Counted from the stretch's first letter, positions 1 through 11,142 are shown. The stretch is 64,000 nt of DNA from Firmicutes bacterium CAG:646 (GCA_000432335.1 HF995366.1:10792-74791); one strand, 5' to 3'. Notes: generated from the sequence alone by a model not told the origin. Numbers and translations are program-made.

Positions 1-1456
1 ATGTTCCAGTACTTTCATAAATACAATCCCAATTTCTTTTTTCAGGATATCTTCCACATTTTCCTCAGTGAATGTATACTTTTCTTTCAGTTCATCCACC
101 CAGTCCGCATGTTTTTCCAGAACCTCATCCGCCCGCAAGTCTGCGCCGCTTACAATCGCCTTACACAGACCTTCCAGTTCTCCTTTCAGGCGCGCCGGAA
201 GCACTGCCAGACCCATAACCTCGATCAGACCGATATTTTCCTTTTTGATATGGTGAAGCTCTGCATGAGGATGATATACGCCAAGAGGATGCTCGTCTGT
301 GGTGATATTATTTCTCAAAACCAGATCCAGTTCGAACATCTCTCCCCGTTTCCGGGCGATTGGCGTGATCGTATTATGCGGCTCCCCATCTGTCTCAGCA
401 AAGATAAATGCGGCTTCATCGGTGTAGCCTCTCCATTTCTGAAGAATCCTGTCTGCCAGTTCGATCAGACGCTCTGTATCAGGACCGCTGATACGGATGA
501 CAGACATAGGCCATTTTACAATCCCAGCTTTCACATCCTCAAATCCTTCAAACGTCACTTCTTTTTCTACTGGCGCTTTCGCCATAGCAAACTCATAATG
601 TCCGCCCTGGAAGTGGTCATGGCTGAGGATTGATCCTCCTACAATCGGAAGATCTGCATTGGAACCCACGAAATAATGAGGAAATTGTTTTACAAAATCA
701 AATAATTTCGCAAACGTAGCCCGCTCAATCTTCATAGGCACATGCTGAGAATTAAATACGATACAGTGCTCGTTGTAATACACATAAGGAGAATACTGGA
801 ATCCCCAATCGCTGTTGTTAATTCTAATCGGAATAATCCGATGATTCTGACGAGCCGGATGATTTAATCTGCCTGCATAACCTTCATTTTCCACACATAA
901 CAGACACTTCGGATAAGAAGTCTGTTTCGCCAGTTTTGCCGCCGCAATCGCTTTTGGGTCTTTCTCCGGTTTGGACAGATTGATCGTGATATCCAGATCT
1001 CCGTATTCTGTGGGAGCTATCCATTTCATATCTTTTGCAATCCGGTAACGACGGATATAATCTGTATCCTGACTGAATTTGTAATGAGCGTCCGTAGCCT
1101 TTACCGGATCTTCCTTATACAATTCCCAGAAGCGGCGGATCACATTGCTGGGACGATCCACCAGAAGGCTCATCACCTTTGTATCAAACAGATCCCGGTA
1201 ACCTACGCTGTTTTCTTCCAAAATTCCCTGCTCATAAGCATAATCACAGATATCAGAAAGAATACTTTCCAACTCTCCCACTACACTCTGATCTGCGCCG
1301 TCAAATTCCAGAACTTCTTTCAGCGCTTCCTCATCGATAGCGTCCATCTTCAGAAGCTCCAGAATTTTATTCACCGTATAACGCTTGTCCTCTTCCTGAA
1401 TCAATCCCGTTGCCATGCCATACTGTACAAGTTTCACAATGCTCGTCTGAATCATT
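1..1456 (-). CDS. galT: UDP-glucose--hexose-1-phosphate uridylyltransferase (GalT, type 2). The 3' end runs off the window start.
   Basis: My own minus-strand translation begins MIQTSIVKLVQYGMATGLIQEEDKRY at an ATG (1454-1456). It reads as a continuous ~485-aa protein with the long Firmicute GalT architecture. RBS GGCAGGAGAG upstream. Not in the ORF track because it runs off the edge. Confidence 0.75.
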
Positions 1457-1518
1457 TCTCTCTCCTGCCTTTCCGTTTGTAAAAACTGTTATTTTTTTCG
1501 CAACTGCTCAGCAACCCT

Positions 1519-3546
1519 TTATTTCTTCTTTTTCAGCACAACAGTTCCCAATCTGTCAATCGTTCCGTCATACGTTCCCAGCCACACCGGATATTCCTCT
1601 ACCGGAAGTTTGATTTCTACCGGCTGCCGGTTAAAGTTCTGCACAAATACATATTCTGCATCCTGATTTTCTCTGGTGGTCACTTCTACACCATTAGGAA
1701 TATGACTGATCGTCCGTTTCACTCCGGCTTCCCCTGCAATTTTACGGTATACTTCATCATAAAATCCCTGTTCAAAATCAGCGCACACATAATAAGCCTT
1801 TCCTGCTCCATAGGTATTTACGGTAAATGCCGGCATGCCTGCATAAAAATCACTGCCATAAGTCATAAGCACTTCTGCAGCGGATGGCTGCACCAGATCG
1901 CAGAGATTGGTACAGGTATATGTTTTAGTAAGATGAAGCGCATTTCCATTCACCGGGCAGCCCGTATTGCTTTCCCCGTCATAGAGCCCGTCAATTTCCG
2001 TACTGCGAAGCCCCATCACATCCATCAGACCATAAGGCGTTCCCCCCAGGAAACAAAGATCCGTATCATCCACAATTCCTGACCAATATGTAAGAATAAA
2101 TCTTCCGCCCTTTTCCACATAGCGGCGAACTTTCTCTTCAAATCCCTCTCGGAACATGTATAACATAGGGGCCGCCACCACCTGATAACCATCCAGCTCC
2201 TGCTCCATATCGATCAGATCTACATTCAAGCCTAATTTTCGGAACGCATAATACGATTTTTCTACTGTTTCTTTATAGAACAATCCTTGATTTCTCGGTC
2301 CCTGAGCGTCTTCCATCGCCCAACGGCTCTCCCAGTCAAAAAGCACTGCCACCTTGGCATTAACGCCGGCTCCGGCGACTTCCGAAAGTTTCTCCAGAGA
2401 ATCTCCCACCTGACTGACTTCACGAAATACTCTGGTATCGTCGCCGCCGTAATGGTCGATCACTGCTCCATGGAATTTTTCTGAAGAACCCTGACTCTGG
2501 CGCAGCTGAAAATACTGAACGCTGTCTGAGCCATGAGCAATCGCCTGCATAGAGGCCGCATGAAGCATTCCCGGCTTTTTCAATTTACTCACCGGCTGCC
2601 AGTTGGTCGCTGACGGACAGCTCTCCATCAGAAGAAACGGTTTCTTCTGGATGCTCCGCATAATATCATGCTGCATTCCATCATCCATAGCTGTAAGATA
2701 TTCCTGTTTCTTATGCCACTGAGGGTAATTATCCCAGGAAACGATATCTATAATATCAGCAAATTTGTGATAGTTCAATCCCCGGAAGTCATACATCATA
2801 TTGATTGTTGTCGGTTTGTCAGAACCGCCATCACGAATTGCCTGAACTTCATGTTTTACAAAATCCACGGTTCTGTCTGTAACGAAACGTTTCCAATCCA
2901 GATTCAGTCCGTGCAGAGAATTTTCTCCCCGGGAAGACGGACTTTCTACCTGCTCAAAACTATGATATGTGTGACTCCAGAAGGTTGTTGCCCATGCCCG
3001 GTTGAGATTTTCAACGGTCTGATATTTCTCCTTCAGCCATTTTCCGAATTCCGCCTGACACAGCGGACAGTGACATTCTCCTCCATACTCATTGGAAATA
3101 TGCCATGCGATCACTCCTGGATGATTTCCAAAACGCTTTGCCAACTCCATATTGATAATTCTCGTCTTTTCCCGATATACCGGAGAAGTATAACAATGGT
3201 TGTGGCGGGCTCCAAACAGATTTCTGTGGCGCCCCTCGTCCACCCGCAAAACCTCCGGATATTTGTCTGCCATCCATTTTGGTCTTGCGCCGCTGGGTGT
3301 TGCCAGCATCACGGAAATACCATTCTCATACAGACGGTCAATGATTCTTTCCATCCACTCAAAATTAAAAACTCCCTCTTCTGGTTCCAGCGTAGACCAG
3401 GAGAAAATTCCCAGAGATACCTCGTTGATCTTTGCCTTTTTAAAATATTCAATATCTTTTTCCAAAATCTCCGGCATATGAAGCCACTGCTCGGGATTAT
3501 AATCTCCCCCGTGGATCAGCTTGCCGAAATTTACATTTTCACCCAT
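1519..3546 (-). CDS. GH42 family beta-galactosidase
   Basis: Track ORF 1519..3603. The internal start MGENVNFGKLIHGGDYNPEQW is preceded by AAGGAGG. The sequence resembles GH42 beta-galactosidases, including a zinc-binding Cys cluster CHCPLC. Confidence 0.88.
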   Translation of the reverse strand: MGENVNFGKLIHGGDYNPEQWLHMPEILEKDIEYFKKAKINEVSLGIFSWSTLEPEEGVFNFEWMERIIDRLYENGISVMLATPSGARPKWMADKYPEVLRVDEGRHRNLFGARHNHCYTSPVYREKTRIINMELAKRFGNHPGVIAWHISNEYGGECHCPLCQAEFGKWLKEKYQTVENLNRAWATTFWSHTYHSFEQVESPSSRGENSLHGLNLDWKRFVTDRTVDFVKHEVQAIRDGGSDKPTTINMMYDFRGLNYHKFADIIDIVSWDNYPQWHKKQEYLTAMDDGMQHDIMRSIQKKPFLLMESCPSATNWQPVSKLKKPGMLHAASMQAIAHGSDSVQYFQLRQSQGSSEKFHGAVIDHYGGDDTRVFREVSQVGDSLEKLSEVAGAGVNAKVAVLFDWESRWAMEDAQGPRNQGLFYKETVEKSYYAFRKLGLNVDLIDMEQELDGYQVVAAPMLYMFREGFEEKVRRYVEKGGRFILTYWSGIVDDTDLCFLGGTPYGLMDVMGLRSTEIDGLYDGESNTGCPVNGNALHLTKTYTCTNLCDLVQPSAAEVLMTYGSDFYAGMPAFTVNTYGAGKAYYVCADFEQGFYDEVYRKIAGEAGVKRTISHIPNGVEVTTRENQDAEYVFVQNFNRQPVEIKLPVEEYPVWLGTYDGTIDRLGTVVLKKKK

Positions 3547-3724
3547 AAAAAACCTCCTTGTTTTGTGGAAATACATCATAAAAATTAATATATATAGATA
3601 CATCGCAAACGCAGTCTGCGCTCACTTTGAGCCTAAGGTCTCAAAGATGTGCTCGACCATGCGTTTGTGATTGTATCTATATTTTCTTCCGTTTTATCGA
3701 AAGAAATTTTTCCACTAAAATTTA

Positions 3725-6700
3725 TTAAATGCCTTTAAAAGAGAACGTAAATGTCATCTTTTCTTCTGTATTCAGCAGGTATTCCGGGTGAGTTTTTGCT
3801 CCCCAGCTGTCGTCTCCGGCGATTCCCATCTGTTGTTTAGACACCCGGACTACCGTGTAATGCACTTGCGGCAGTTCGTAAGGATGCATTGCATTTTCCA
3901 GCTCATGCGGGGTATAAGGCAGAGCTGAAAATTCCATCCGATCTCCGGTAAACAGCATTCCTCTTCCTTTTCTGTCTGTAACTGTCGCCCATCGAACCCC
4001 CACTTTATTGCCACATTCCTGCGGAACCAGATATTTTGCCATATTGTCTTCTACTTTATTTTTGTAGATCCCCAGTTTTGCTCCCTTACATCTGTCCACA
4101 TAAGTCTCTTCCGGTCCCATACCATACCAGGTCACATGGTCGTAATCCGCATCGAATTTGAACATCACGCCAAATTCCGGCATATCTCCCAGTTCTTTTA
4201 CCGGTTCATAAGAGAGGGTAGTCTGAATCGTTCCATCCCCATAAACCTTATAAGTCAGTTCACACTGACTGGCAGGTGTCGTAGGCATCACATAAGTAAA
4301 TGTGATCTCCGCACAATCCTCGTGTACCTGGATCTTCGGTTCATGTCCTGCCGGATACGGTCCGTCTGTAGGATATTTATGAGACAGGTACATAGATGCC
4401 ACTTTCCACTGAGCATAGCGCATCTGCATCAGATTTCCACAATCATTGTCATTCGGTGCCCGCCAGAAGTTTGGCTTCGGAATCATCTGAATCATTTCCA
4501 CCCCGCCATATCGGTAAGACACAAGACCTCCGTTCAGATAAGAGAACATCACGTCAAAGTTCTCTCCCTTCACGCCAAAATCGTGTCCTGAGCGGATCAC
4601 CTGGAATTGTTCCGGTTTCACCGACACTGCCGGGGCTTCCACCTGATAAACGCCCTGGCCGAAAGCTACCTCATGTCCTCTCTCTGCCCATACCGTATCC
4701 TCTTTCAGACGGAAGGAAACAGTTACCGCATACTCTCCCGGCAAAGTCTGTACCGGAATCGGAAGTTCATAAACCTCCTGAGACAGTGGCGCCACGGAAG
4801 TTTCCATAGAAACCTTTTTCACCTGTTTTCCATTTTTCTCCAAAATCACTACACAATCATAGATATCTGTATTCACAAACAGATTTTTATTTACTACTGT
4901 TACTTTATCCTTTTCCACATTGGCCGTAATATTCTGATAATTAAATTTTACTTCCTGCATTTTCGGAGATGCGTCCCGCTCACCACCATAAGCGATACCA
5001 TTTCCGCTGAAATTATAATCGCAGGGACGATCATTAAAGTCGCCGCCGTAAGCCTGAAACTCTTTTCCATAACGGTCTTTTTTGTATATGGACTGATCGA
5101 TATAATCCCAGATAAATCCTCCCTGATACAAAGGCTCCGTATCGGTAAGATCGGTGTATTTGTGCATAGCGCCGCAGGAATTTCCCATGGCATGGGTATA
5201 TTCACAGCAGATAAACGGTTTACTTCTGTCCTTTTCCAGAAATTCCTGAATCTGTTCTACAGAAGGATACATCTGACTTTCCATATCGCTGGTATCATTA
5301 TAACGGCGGTCATGGACAATTCCCTCGTAATGCACCAGACGGGTAGGATCCAGTTTCCGGTAAAGCTGAGACATTTCATAAATATCCTTACCCCCAAAAG
5401 ATTCATTTCCACAAGACCAGATTAAAATTGCCGGATGGTTTTTATCTCTTTGATACATGGAATTTACACGATCCAGCATCATATCCAGCCACTCCGGGCG
5501 ATCACACGGCACAACGCCGGAAAAATCTCCCGTCTGTTCCGCAGACAAATCCCAACTGCCGTGAGATTCCAGATTACACTCTGCGATCATATAAATACCA
5601 TACTCGTCACACAATTCATAAATGCCTACCGCATCTGGATAATGGCAGGTACGGATCGCATTAATATTATTCCGTTTCATGGTAACCAGATCCTTAATAA
5701 GCTCTTCTCTGGACACATGACGTCCGCTGACAGAGCTGAACTCATGACGGTTTACCCCCTTAAAGACAATACGTTTTCCATTCAATGTCATGATATGATC
5801 CTTCATTTCAAACCGGCGGAAGCCTACTCTCTGAGGAATCACCTCTGTTACATTTCCCGCATCATCCATCACTTCCAGAAGAAGATCATACAAAACCGGT
5901 GTTTCTGCGCTCCACAATTCCGGCTGCTCCACCTTCATCACATAATGACTGTTTTCCTGCAAAGTTTCCTCTACCGTCTGAATTATTTTCTCATTCTTTG
6001 ACAAAGTAATTCGGATTTTTCCTGCCTTCGTAGCTTTTACTGAAAGATCCAGATCTGCTTTCGTAAAGGTATCATCCAGCAGCGTTTGCACTTTCAGGTC
6101 AGATACGTGTACTTCCGGGATTGCATACAGATATACATCACGATACAAACCGGAAAATCTGAAAAAGTCCTGATCCTCACACCAACTGCTGCTTGTCCAT
6201 TTGAACACCTGCGCCGCCAGTTTATTCTCTCCCTCACAAAGATACTGTGTCAATTCAAATTCCGAGGGGGTAAAGGTGTCTTCACTGTAACCCACAAACT
6301 GTCCGTTCATCCACAGAGCAATTCCACTCTCCGCTCCCTGAAAAGAAACAAAGATACGTTTTCCTTTCATCACTTCCGGAACCTCAAAATATTTCACATA
6401 ACTTGCCACCGGATTAAACTGTACAGGAATCTCTCCCGGCTGCAGTTCTTCTCTTCCCTCCCAGGGATACTGTACATTGGCATACTGAGGAGCATCATAA
6501 CCTTCCATCTGAATATGCGCCGGAACACGAATATCATCCCAGGACTTACAGCAGTACTCTTCTTTCTCAAATCCCGGAATCGTACAATTATAGTTTTTTG
6601 CATAGTGGAATTTCCACAGACCATTCAGACTGAAGCGATACTCTTCCACATCCTGTTCCATCTTCTCCACACTGACAAAATACCGATGATCCGAGTGCGC

Positions 6701-6763
6701 TTCCACGCGATTGTCATTAAAATAGGTGGGATCTTTCACCAACTCATAATTAAATACCTTCAT
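3725..6763 (-). CDS. lacZ: GH2 family beta-galactosidase (LacZ-like, 1012 aa)
   Basis: 1012-aa ORF with LacZ-like blocks (WSCGNESFGG, NRHEFSS...). RBS AAGGAGGG upstream of the ATG. Confidence 0.9.
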   Translation of the reverse strand: MKVFNYELVKDPTYFNDNRVEAHSDHRYFVSVEKMEQDVEEYRFSLNGLWKFHYAKNYNCTIPGFEKEEYCCKSWDDIRVPAHIQMEGYDAPQYANVQYPWEGREELQPGEIPVQFNPVASYVKYFEVPEVMKGKRIFVSFQGAESGIALWMNGQFVGYSEDTFTPSEFELTQYLCEGENKLAAQVFKWTSSSWCEDQDFFRFSGLYRDVYLYAIPEVHVSDLKVQTLLDDTFTKADLDLSVKATKAGKIRITLSKNEKIIQTVEETLQENSHYVMKVEQPELWSAETPVLYDLLLEVMDDAGNVTEVIPQRVGFRRFEMKDHIMTLNGKRIVFKGVNRHEFSSVSGRHVSREELIKDLVTMKRNNINAIRTCHYPDAVGIYELCDEYGIYMIAECNLESHGSWDLSAEQTGDFSGVVPCDRPEWLDMMLDRVNSMYQRDKNHPAILIWSCGNESFGGKDIYEMSQLYRKLDPTRLVHYEGIVHDRRYNDTSDMESQMYPSVEQIQEFLEKDRSKPFICCEYTHAMGNSCGAMHKYTDLTDTEPLYQGGFIWDYIDQSIYKKDRYGKEFQAYGGDFNDRPCDYNFSGNGIAYGGERDASPKMQEVKFNYQNITANVEKDKVTVVNKNLFVNTDIYDCVVILEKNGKQVKKVSMETSVAPLSQEVYELPIPVQTLPGEYAVTVSFRLKEDTVWAERGHEVAFGQGVYQVEAPAVSVKPEQFQVIRSGHDFGVKGENFDVMFSYLNGGLVSYRYGGVEMIQMIPKPNFWRAPNDNDCGNLMQMRYAQWKVASMYLSHKYPTDGPYPAGHEPKIQVHEDCAEITFTYVMPTTPASQCELTYKVYGDGTIQTTLSYEPVKELGDMPEFGVMFKFDADYDHVTWYGMGPEETYVDRCKGAKLGIYKNKVEDNMAKYLVPQECGNKVGVRWATVTDRKGRGMLFTGDRMEFSALPYTPHELENAMHPYELPQVHYTVVRVSKQQMGIAGDDSWGAKTHPEYLLNTEEKMTFTFSFKGI

Positions 6764-6834
6764 TTATTACCCTCCTTAAAAAAACAGGCGGATATTCAAA
6801 ATAAATATCCGCCCTGAATTTACTGCTCAAAAAC

Positions 6835-7644
6835 TTATTTAACTGCTCCTGTAATACCTTCTGCAAAGCTCTTCTGAAGCAGGAAGAAAATGATAACGGT
6901 AGGAAGTGTACAGATCAAAATACCAACCATCAGCATACCGTAATCTACTGCGTAAGCTCCCTGCAGGTTTGCTACCAACATAGGCATCGTAATTGACTCG
7001 TTGGATTTTAAGATTACCTTCGGCCACAGATAGTTATTCCATGCATTCATAAAAGTAATCGTCATAGCTGCCGCATAGGTAGAACGCATTGTAGGAATAA
7101 ACATGCGGAAAAAGATACCAATCTCACTTAAGCCATCGATTCGCGCCGCCTCAATGATATCATGAGGGAACGCCCGGGCGCTTTGCCGGAACATCATGAT
7201 CAAAAACGGTGTAGAAATCGTAGGAAGCATATAAGCAACCATGGTATTCACCAGTTTCAAATCAGAAAACATACGGAACAGAGGAATCATGATTGCCGCA
7301 AAAGGAATCATCATAGCGGTAAGAAGAATGGTAAATACCACGTCTTTTCCTTTGTCATGGTAAATCTCAAAACCATATCCTGCAATAGAACATACTACCA
7401 AAGCAATCAGGGTAAGGATCACCGCATTTCTAAAAGAATTCCACATAGCCGTTCCCAACGGCTGATTTGCAATCAGATTTTTAAAATTTTCCACCAGATG
7501 AGTTCCGGGATACAGTCTTCCTGTAATTACATCCGTACTCTTATTCGTTGCTCCACATGCCATGTAATACAGTGGAAATACAGACAGGAAAGAGACAATG
7601 GTCAGGAATGCATACATTAAAAATTTCTTTGGCTTACTCATCAT
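6835..7644 (-). CDS. Carbohydrate ABC transporter permease (MalG/LacG-like)
   Basis: Six-TM protein with the EAA-like motif EAARIDGLSEIGIFFRMFIP. Overlaps the upstream permease by 4 nt. Confidence 0.9.
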   Translation of the reverse strand: MMSKPKKFLMYAFLTIVSFLSVFPLYYMACGATNKSTDVITGRLYPGTHLVENFKNLIANQPLGTAMWNSFRNAVILTLIALVVCSIAGYGFEIYHDKGKDVVFTILLTAMMIPFAAIMIPLFRMFSDLKLVNTMVAYMLPTISTPFLIMMFRQSARAFPHDIIEAARIDGLSEIGIFFRMFIPTMRSTYAAAMTITFMNAWNNYLWPKVILKSNESITMPMLVANLQGAYAVDYGMLMVGILICTLPTVIIFFLLQKSFAEGITGAVK

Positions 7645-8528
7645 CGCTCATCACCCACTTTCATCTGGATTACTGCCAGGATTGCAACCATGATCAAAAT
7701 CAAAATAGACATAGCAGCCGCATACCCAAACTTCGGACTATTCTCAAAAGAAGTCGAATAAATATAATGTGACATCGTCATAGTCATTCTCGCCGGGCCT
7801 CCTCTGGTCAGGTTCATGGATTCATCAAACAACTGCAGAGTACCGTTCGTAGACATAATCGCCGTCATCAAAATAGTAGGTTTCAGCAGCGGAATCGTAA
7901 TCTTAAAGAAAGACTGTACCGCATTTGCCCCGTCAATCTTAGCTGCTTCATATACAGAATATTCGATATTCTGCATACCGGACAGATAGAATACCATATT
8001 ATATCCCGTCCACCGCCAAACCAGAGCAATGATAATTACAAATCTTGCCGTCCAGGCATTACCAAACCACTGAATCGGCTCCATTCCAATATTTCGGAGT
8101 ACCACATTGATAAATCCATCGTTTGCAAAAAGAGAACGGAAAATCAAAGAGTAAGCTACCAGTGATGTTGCACATGGAAGGAAAATACAGGTACGGAACA
8201 ATCCCTTAAACTTCAAATTTTTATTATTCAGCATAGAAGCCAGAGCAAGTCCCAAAACCAACATAATCGGCACCTGAATAATCAAATAAAAAAATGTATT
8301 AAATAATGTCTGTGTAAAAATCTTGTCCTTAAAAATACGGACATAGTTGTCAAACCCACAGAACTGCAGATTCAATCCTACACCTTTCTGTAAGGACAAA
8401 ATGAACGCCTGAATCATTGGATAAAAACTCATCCACGCAATCAACAACGTTGCAGGGAGCAAAAACATCCAGCCCGTCAGATTATGCTTTTTTTCCAATG
8501 TCAGTCCTTTTTTCTTCTGACCGCTCAT
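7641..8528 (-). CDS. Carbohydrate ABC transporter permease (MalF/LacF-like)
   Basis: Contains AAKIDGANAVQSFFKITIPLLKP and multiple TM segments. Confidence 0.9.
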   Translation of the reverse strand: MSGQKKKGLTLEKKHNLTGWMFLLPATLLIAWMSFYPMIQAFILSLQKGVGLNLQFCGFDNYVRIFKDKIFTQTLFNTFFYLIIQVPIMLVLGLALASMLNNKNLKFKGLFRTCIFLPCATSLVAYSLIFRSLFANDGFINVVLRNIGMEPIQWFGNAWTARFVIIIALVWRWTGYNMVFYLSGMQNIEYSVYEAAKIDGANAVQSFFKITIPLLKPTILMTAIMSTNGTLQLFDESMNLTRGGPARMTMTMSHYIYSTSFENSPKFGYAAAMSILILIMVAILAVIQMKVGDER

Positions 8529-8554
8529 AGAAACACCTCACTCAAACTAAACTT

Positions 8555-8592
8555 GAAAGGTCTGCTGCCGCCATTCGCAGCAGCAGACCTTT
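8555..8592 (-). promoter_or_regulatory. Intercistronic 13-bp perfect-stem hairpin between the SBP and permease genes
   Basis: AAAGGTCTGCTGC-cgccattc-GCAGCAGCAGACCTTT. No strong U-tract on the coding strand. Likely a partial terminator or mRNA stabiliser. Confidence 0.5.
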
Positions 8593-8630
8593 TGTCTGTT
8601 TATACTATCTCATGTTGCAAACCGATATCA

Positions 8631-9980
8631 TCAGCCACCCATTGTAAATTCTACTTCTTCCTGAGCCGCCTGAAGTGCGGTGTCAATATCTGCACCCTGC
8701 TGCATAATCTGTCCAAGTGCAGCTCCTACAGCATTACGAGCGTCATAATAGAACGGTCCAGTAATGTTAGATGGTGTTTTTCCTGCAAACTCAACCAGTT
8801 TGGAATAAACAGCATCTCCGCCCCAGAAATCTACAGTCTGTCCATACGCTTCCGTATCACGAGCTGGCTGCCATGTGGAAATAGCGCCTTTTTCCAGAAG
8901 TGTGTCATAGAACTCTGTGCTTCCTGCAAAACTGGAGTTCAGGAAGTCAACTGCCAGATCTACATTTTTACAATTGGATGTGATCATCCAGGAAGAACCA
9001 CCGTTGTTGGAGTAATTTGTTGCTCCTTCTACTGTCTCAAGTCTTGGGATATTGGTGATTGCCCATTTTCCAGCCTGATCTTCTGCAGGTGTAACAGAAG
9101 CCATTCTCCAGCATCCATCAATAACACCGGCTACTGTACCGCCGTTCAGTGCAGCTACACCCTGATCACCGTTGGTTACTTCTGCCAGAATACCTTTTTC
9201 TACCAGTTCCTGATAAACTTCCATACATTCTTTCAGAGCGTCATTTCCAACGATATTCAGACTTCCGTCTTCATTAAACAGGGAAGCTCCAGCTGACTGC
9301 AGCATCATCATGATCAGATCCGGCTCACCGGAAGTACCTGTCAGCATTGGATTTCCAGTAGCTTCTTTTACTTTTTCACCATTCTCAATGAACTGAGACC
9401 AAGTAATATCAGTAAAGTCATCTACGGTAAGTCCTGCCTCTTCCAACATATCTGTTCTCAGACCACAAATTACAGTACCGTTATCGAACGGAACAGCATA
9501 ATTCTTTCCATCTACTTTTGAGTAAGCAACTTTGGCTTCTGCAAACTGGCTGAAGTCAATTCCGCTGTCTGTCAGATCTGTAAACACATCCGGGTACAGA
9601 GACATATATTTCTGAATGGAGTTATCCTGCATCAGAACAATGTCAGGTAATGTACTGAAATCTCCTGCTGCCGCTGCATTTGTAATATTTACTTCAATAT
9701 CAGTAGACTGAATCTCCTGCTGTTCTACTGTAAAGTTCGGATGATCTTTCTGGTACAGCTCTGCTGCTTTATCGATAGCATACATATTGAAGTTCTTGTC
9801 CCAGCACCATACGGTCAGTTTTTCTTCTCCGTCACTGGAACCGCCATCATCTTTTTTCCCATCTTCTGTTGCTGCGTCTTTAGAAGCTGAATCTTTGCTT
9901 CCGTCATCTCCGCCGCCGCAGGCTGCCAGAGAAAATACCATTGTTGAAGCTAATAATACGGAAATAATTTTCTTCTTCAT
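8631..9980 (-). CDS. Extracellular solute-binding lipoprotein of a sugar ABC transporter
   Basis: Start MKKKIISVLLASTMVFSLAACGGGDDGS (lipobox LAAC), preceded by AGGAGGG. The track ORF extends further to a non-ATG start. Confidence 0.85.
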   Translation of the reverse strand: MKKKIISVLLASTMVFSLAACGGGDDGSKDSASKDAATEDGKKDDGGSSDGEEKLTVWCWDKNFNMYAIDKAAELYQKDHPNFTVEQQEIQSTDIEVNITNAAAAGDFSTLPDIVLMQDNSIQKYMSLYPDVFTDLTDSGIDFSQFAEAKVAYSKVDGKNYAVPFDNGTVICGLRTDMLEEAGLTVDDFTDITWSQFIENGEKVKEATGNPMLTGTSGEPDLIMMMLQSAGASLFNEDGSLNIVGNDALKECMEVYQELVEKGILAEVTNGDQGVAALNGGTVAGVIDGCWRMASVTPAEDQAGKWAITNIPRLETVEGATNYSNNGGSSWMITSNCKNVDLAVDFLNSSFAGSTEFYDTLLEKGAISTWQPARDTEAYGQTVDFWGGDAVYSKLVEFAGKTPSNITGPFYYDARNAVGAALGQIMQQGADIDTALQAAQEEVEFTMGG

Positions 9981-10172
9981 GTTACGTACCCTCCTGAAAA
10001 TAATAAATTTTCCCATTCACAAATTCTACTTTCAAATGCTCTACTTTACTTTGTATATTATGTACAGTTTTTGAACTCTTTGTGAATCATCATGGGTATA
10101 TTATAACAATTACCTCTTATCCATTGTGCACATTTTCAACTCCATTTTATGCATTTTCGCCCATTTTGCAAA

Positions 10173-10197
10173 AAAGGATGGCATTTTCACCATCCTT
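10173..10197 (-). terminator. Rho-independent terminator overlapping the AraC stop codon
   Basis: Minus strand AGGATGG-tgaaaatg-CCATCCT followed by TTTTTTG. The TGA stop lies in the loop. Confidence 0.7.
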
Positions 10198-11119
10198 CCT
10201 GCGTTTTTATATCATATTTCAACAATTTTCGCTCATAGTGTTCTGGCTTCGCCCTCCACTCACGCGGCGAAATACCCATAACTTTTTGAAAGTTCCTATT
10301 AAAAGTGGACAATGTGGAAAATCCCGCTCGAACAGCAATATCTCCGATAGAATCATTGGTTCGTTTCAGCTCGTCACAGGCGGTCTTAATCCTCACCCAA
10401 TTAATATACTCCACCGGCGTCATATTCATACATTTGGAAAAAATTCTCCGAAAATGTGTCTCACTGATATGGCATAGCTGCGCCAATTCCTCGATTTTAA
10501 TCTGCTGATCGTAATATTCACTGATAAAGTCCAACGCCGGAGATATTGCCACACTATTACTCAGTGGTCCCTCCTCCCGCTCATCTTCCGTCTTATTCCA
10601 GCGAGCGAGCTCAATAAGAAACGCCAGCAGCATCCCTTTCATTTCTTCCATATACAGCTCTTTCCGGTTTCTCATAATTTCCATAATCTGACGGATCATC
10701 GCGGCCACTTCCGGCTTTTCCTCCACCCGAACAAAATGCGCCTTTCGATTGATCCTGCGTATCAGCCGATCTGCCATCAGAGGGTTATCATGATAAAACT
10801 CCTGTAAAAACGCATCCACATCTATGAACAGATACTCCCAGGAGCTGAAACTATCCCCATCCGAATTTGTATTATGCGGAAGATTCTTCGGAATGACAGA
10901 AAACATCCCTCCTGAAAAAGAGCAATCCTCTTCCTCCAGCGTAAGGATTCCCTTACCTGAATAGCAAAATCCCACCTCCAGATGATTGTGAAAATGAAGA
11001 TAGTCAATCTCTCTTCCATAATTCTGCGTCCATTTTTCTCCCAGAAGCGCCAATATAGAGCTTCCGGCAGGCATTTCATAGTATCGGTATTCTATTCTGG
11101 GTTTTCTTTTTTTACTCAT
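10187..11119 (-). CDS. AraC family transcriptional regulator (cupin + HTH)
   Basis: C-terminal HTH LAQLCHISETHFRRIFSKCMNMTPVEYINWVRI...AVRAGFSTLSTFNRNFQKVMGISPREW. Confidence 0.85.
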   Translation of the reverse strand: MSKKRKPRIEYRYYEMPAGSSILALLGEKWTQNYGREIDYLHFHNHLEVGFCYSGKGILTLEEEDCSFSGGMFSVIPKNLPHNTNSDGDSFSSWEYLFIDVDAFLQEFYHDNPLMADRLIRRINRKAHFVRVEEKPEVAAMIRQIMEIMRNRKELYMEEMKGMLLAFLIELARWNKTEDEREEGPLSNSVAISPALDFISEYYDQQIKIEELAQLCHISETHFRRIFSKCMNMTPVEYINWVRIKTACDELKRTNDSIGDIAVRAGFSTLSTFNRNFQKVMGISPREWRAKPEHYERKLLKYDIKTQEGW

Positions 11120-11142
11120 AATCCCCCTGAAACTTTCTTTTT

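Noticed and set aside
1-633. Plus-strand 210-aa ORF at the window start
   Set aside because: It is antisense to a clearly recognisable GalT coding sequence on the minus strand. No RBS and a low-complexity translation.
2668-3588. 306-aa plus-strand ORF
   Set aside because: It lies fully inside the GH42 beta-galactosidase gene on the opposite strand. An antisense artefact.
8484-9296. 270-aa plus-strand ORF
   Set aside because: Antisense to the solute-binding protein gene.
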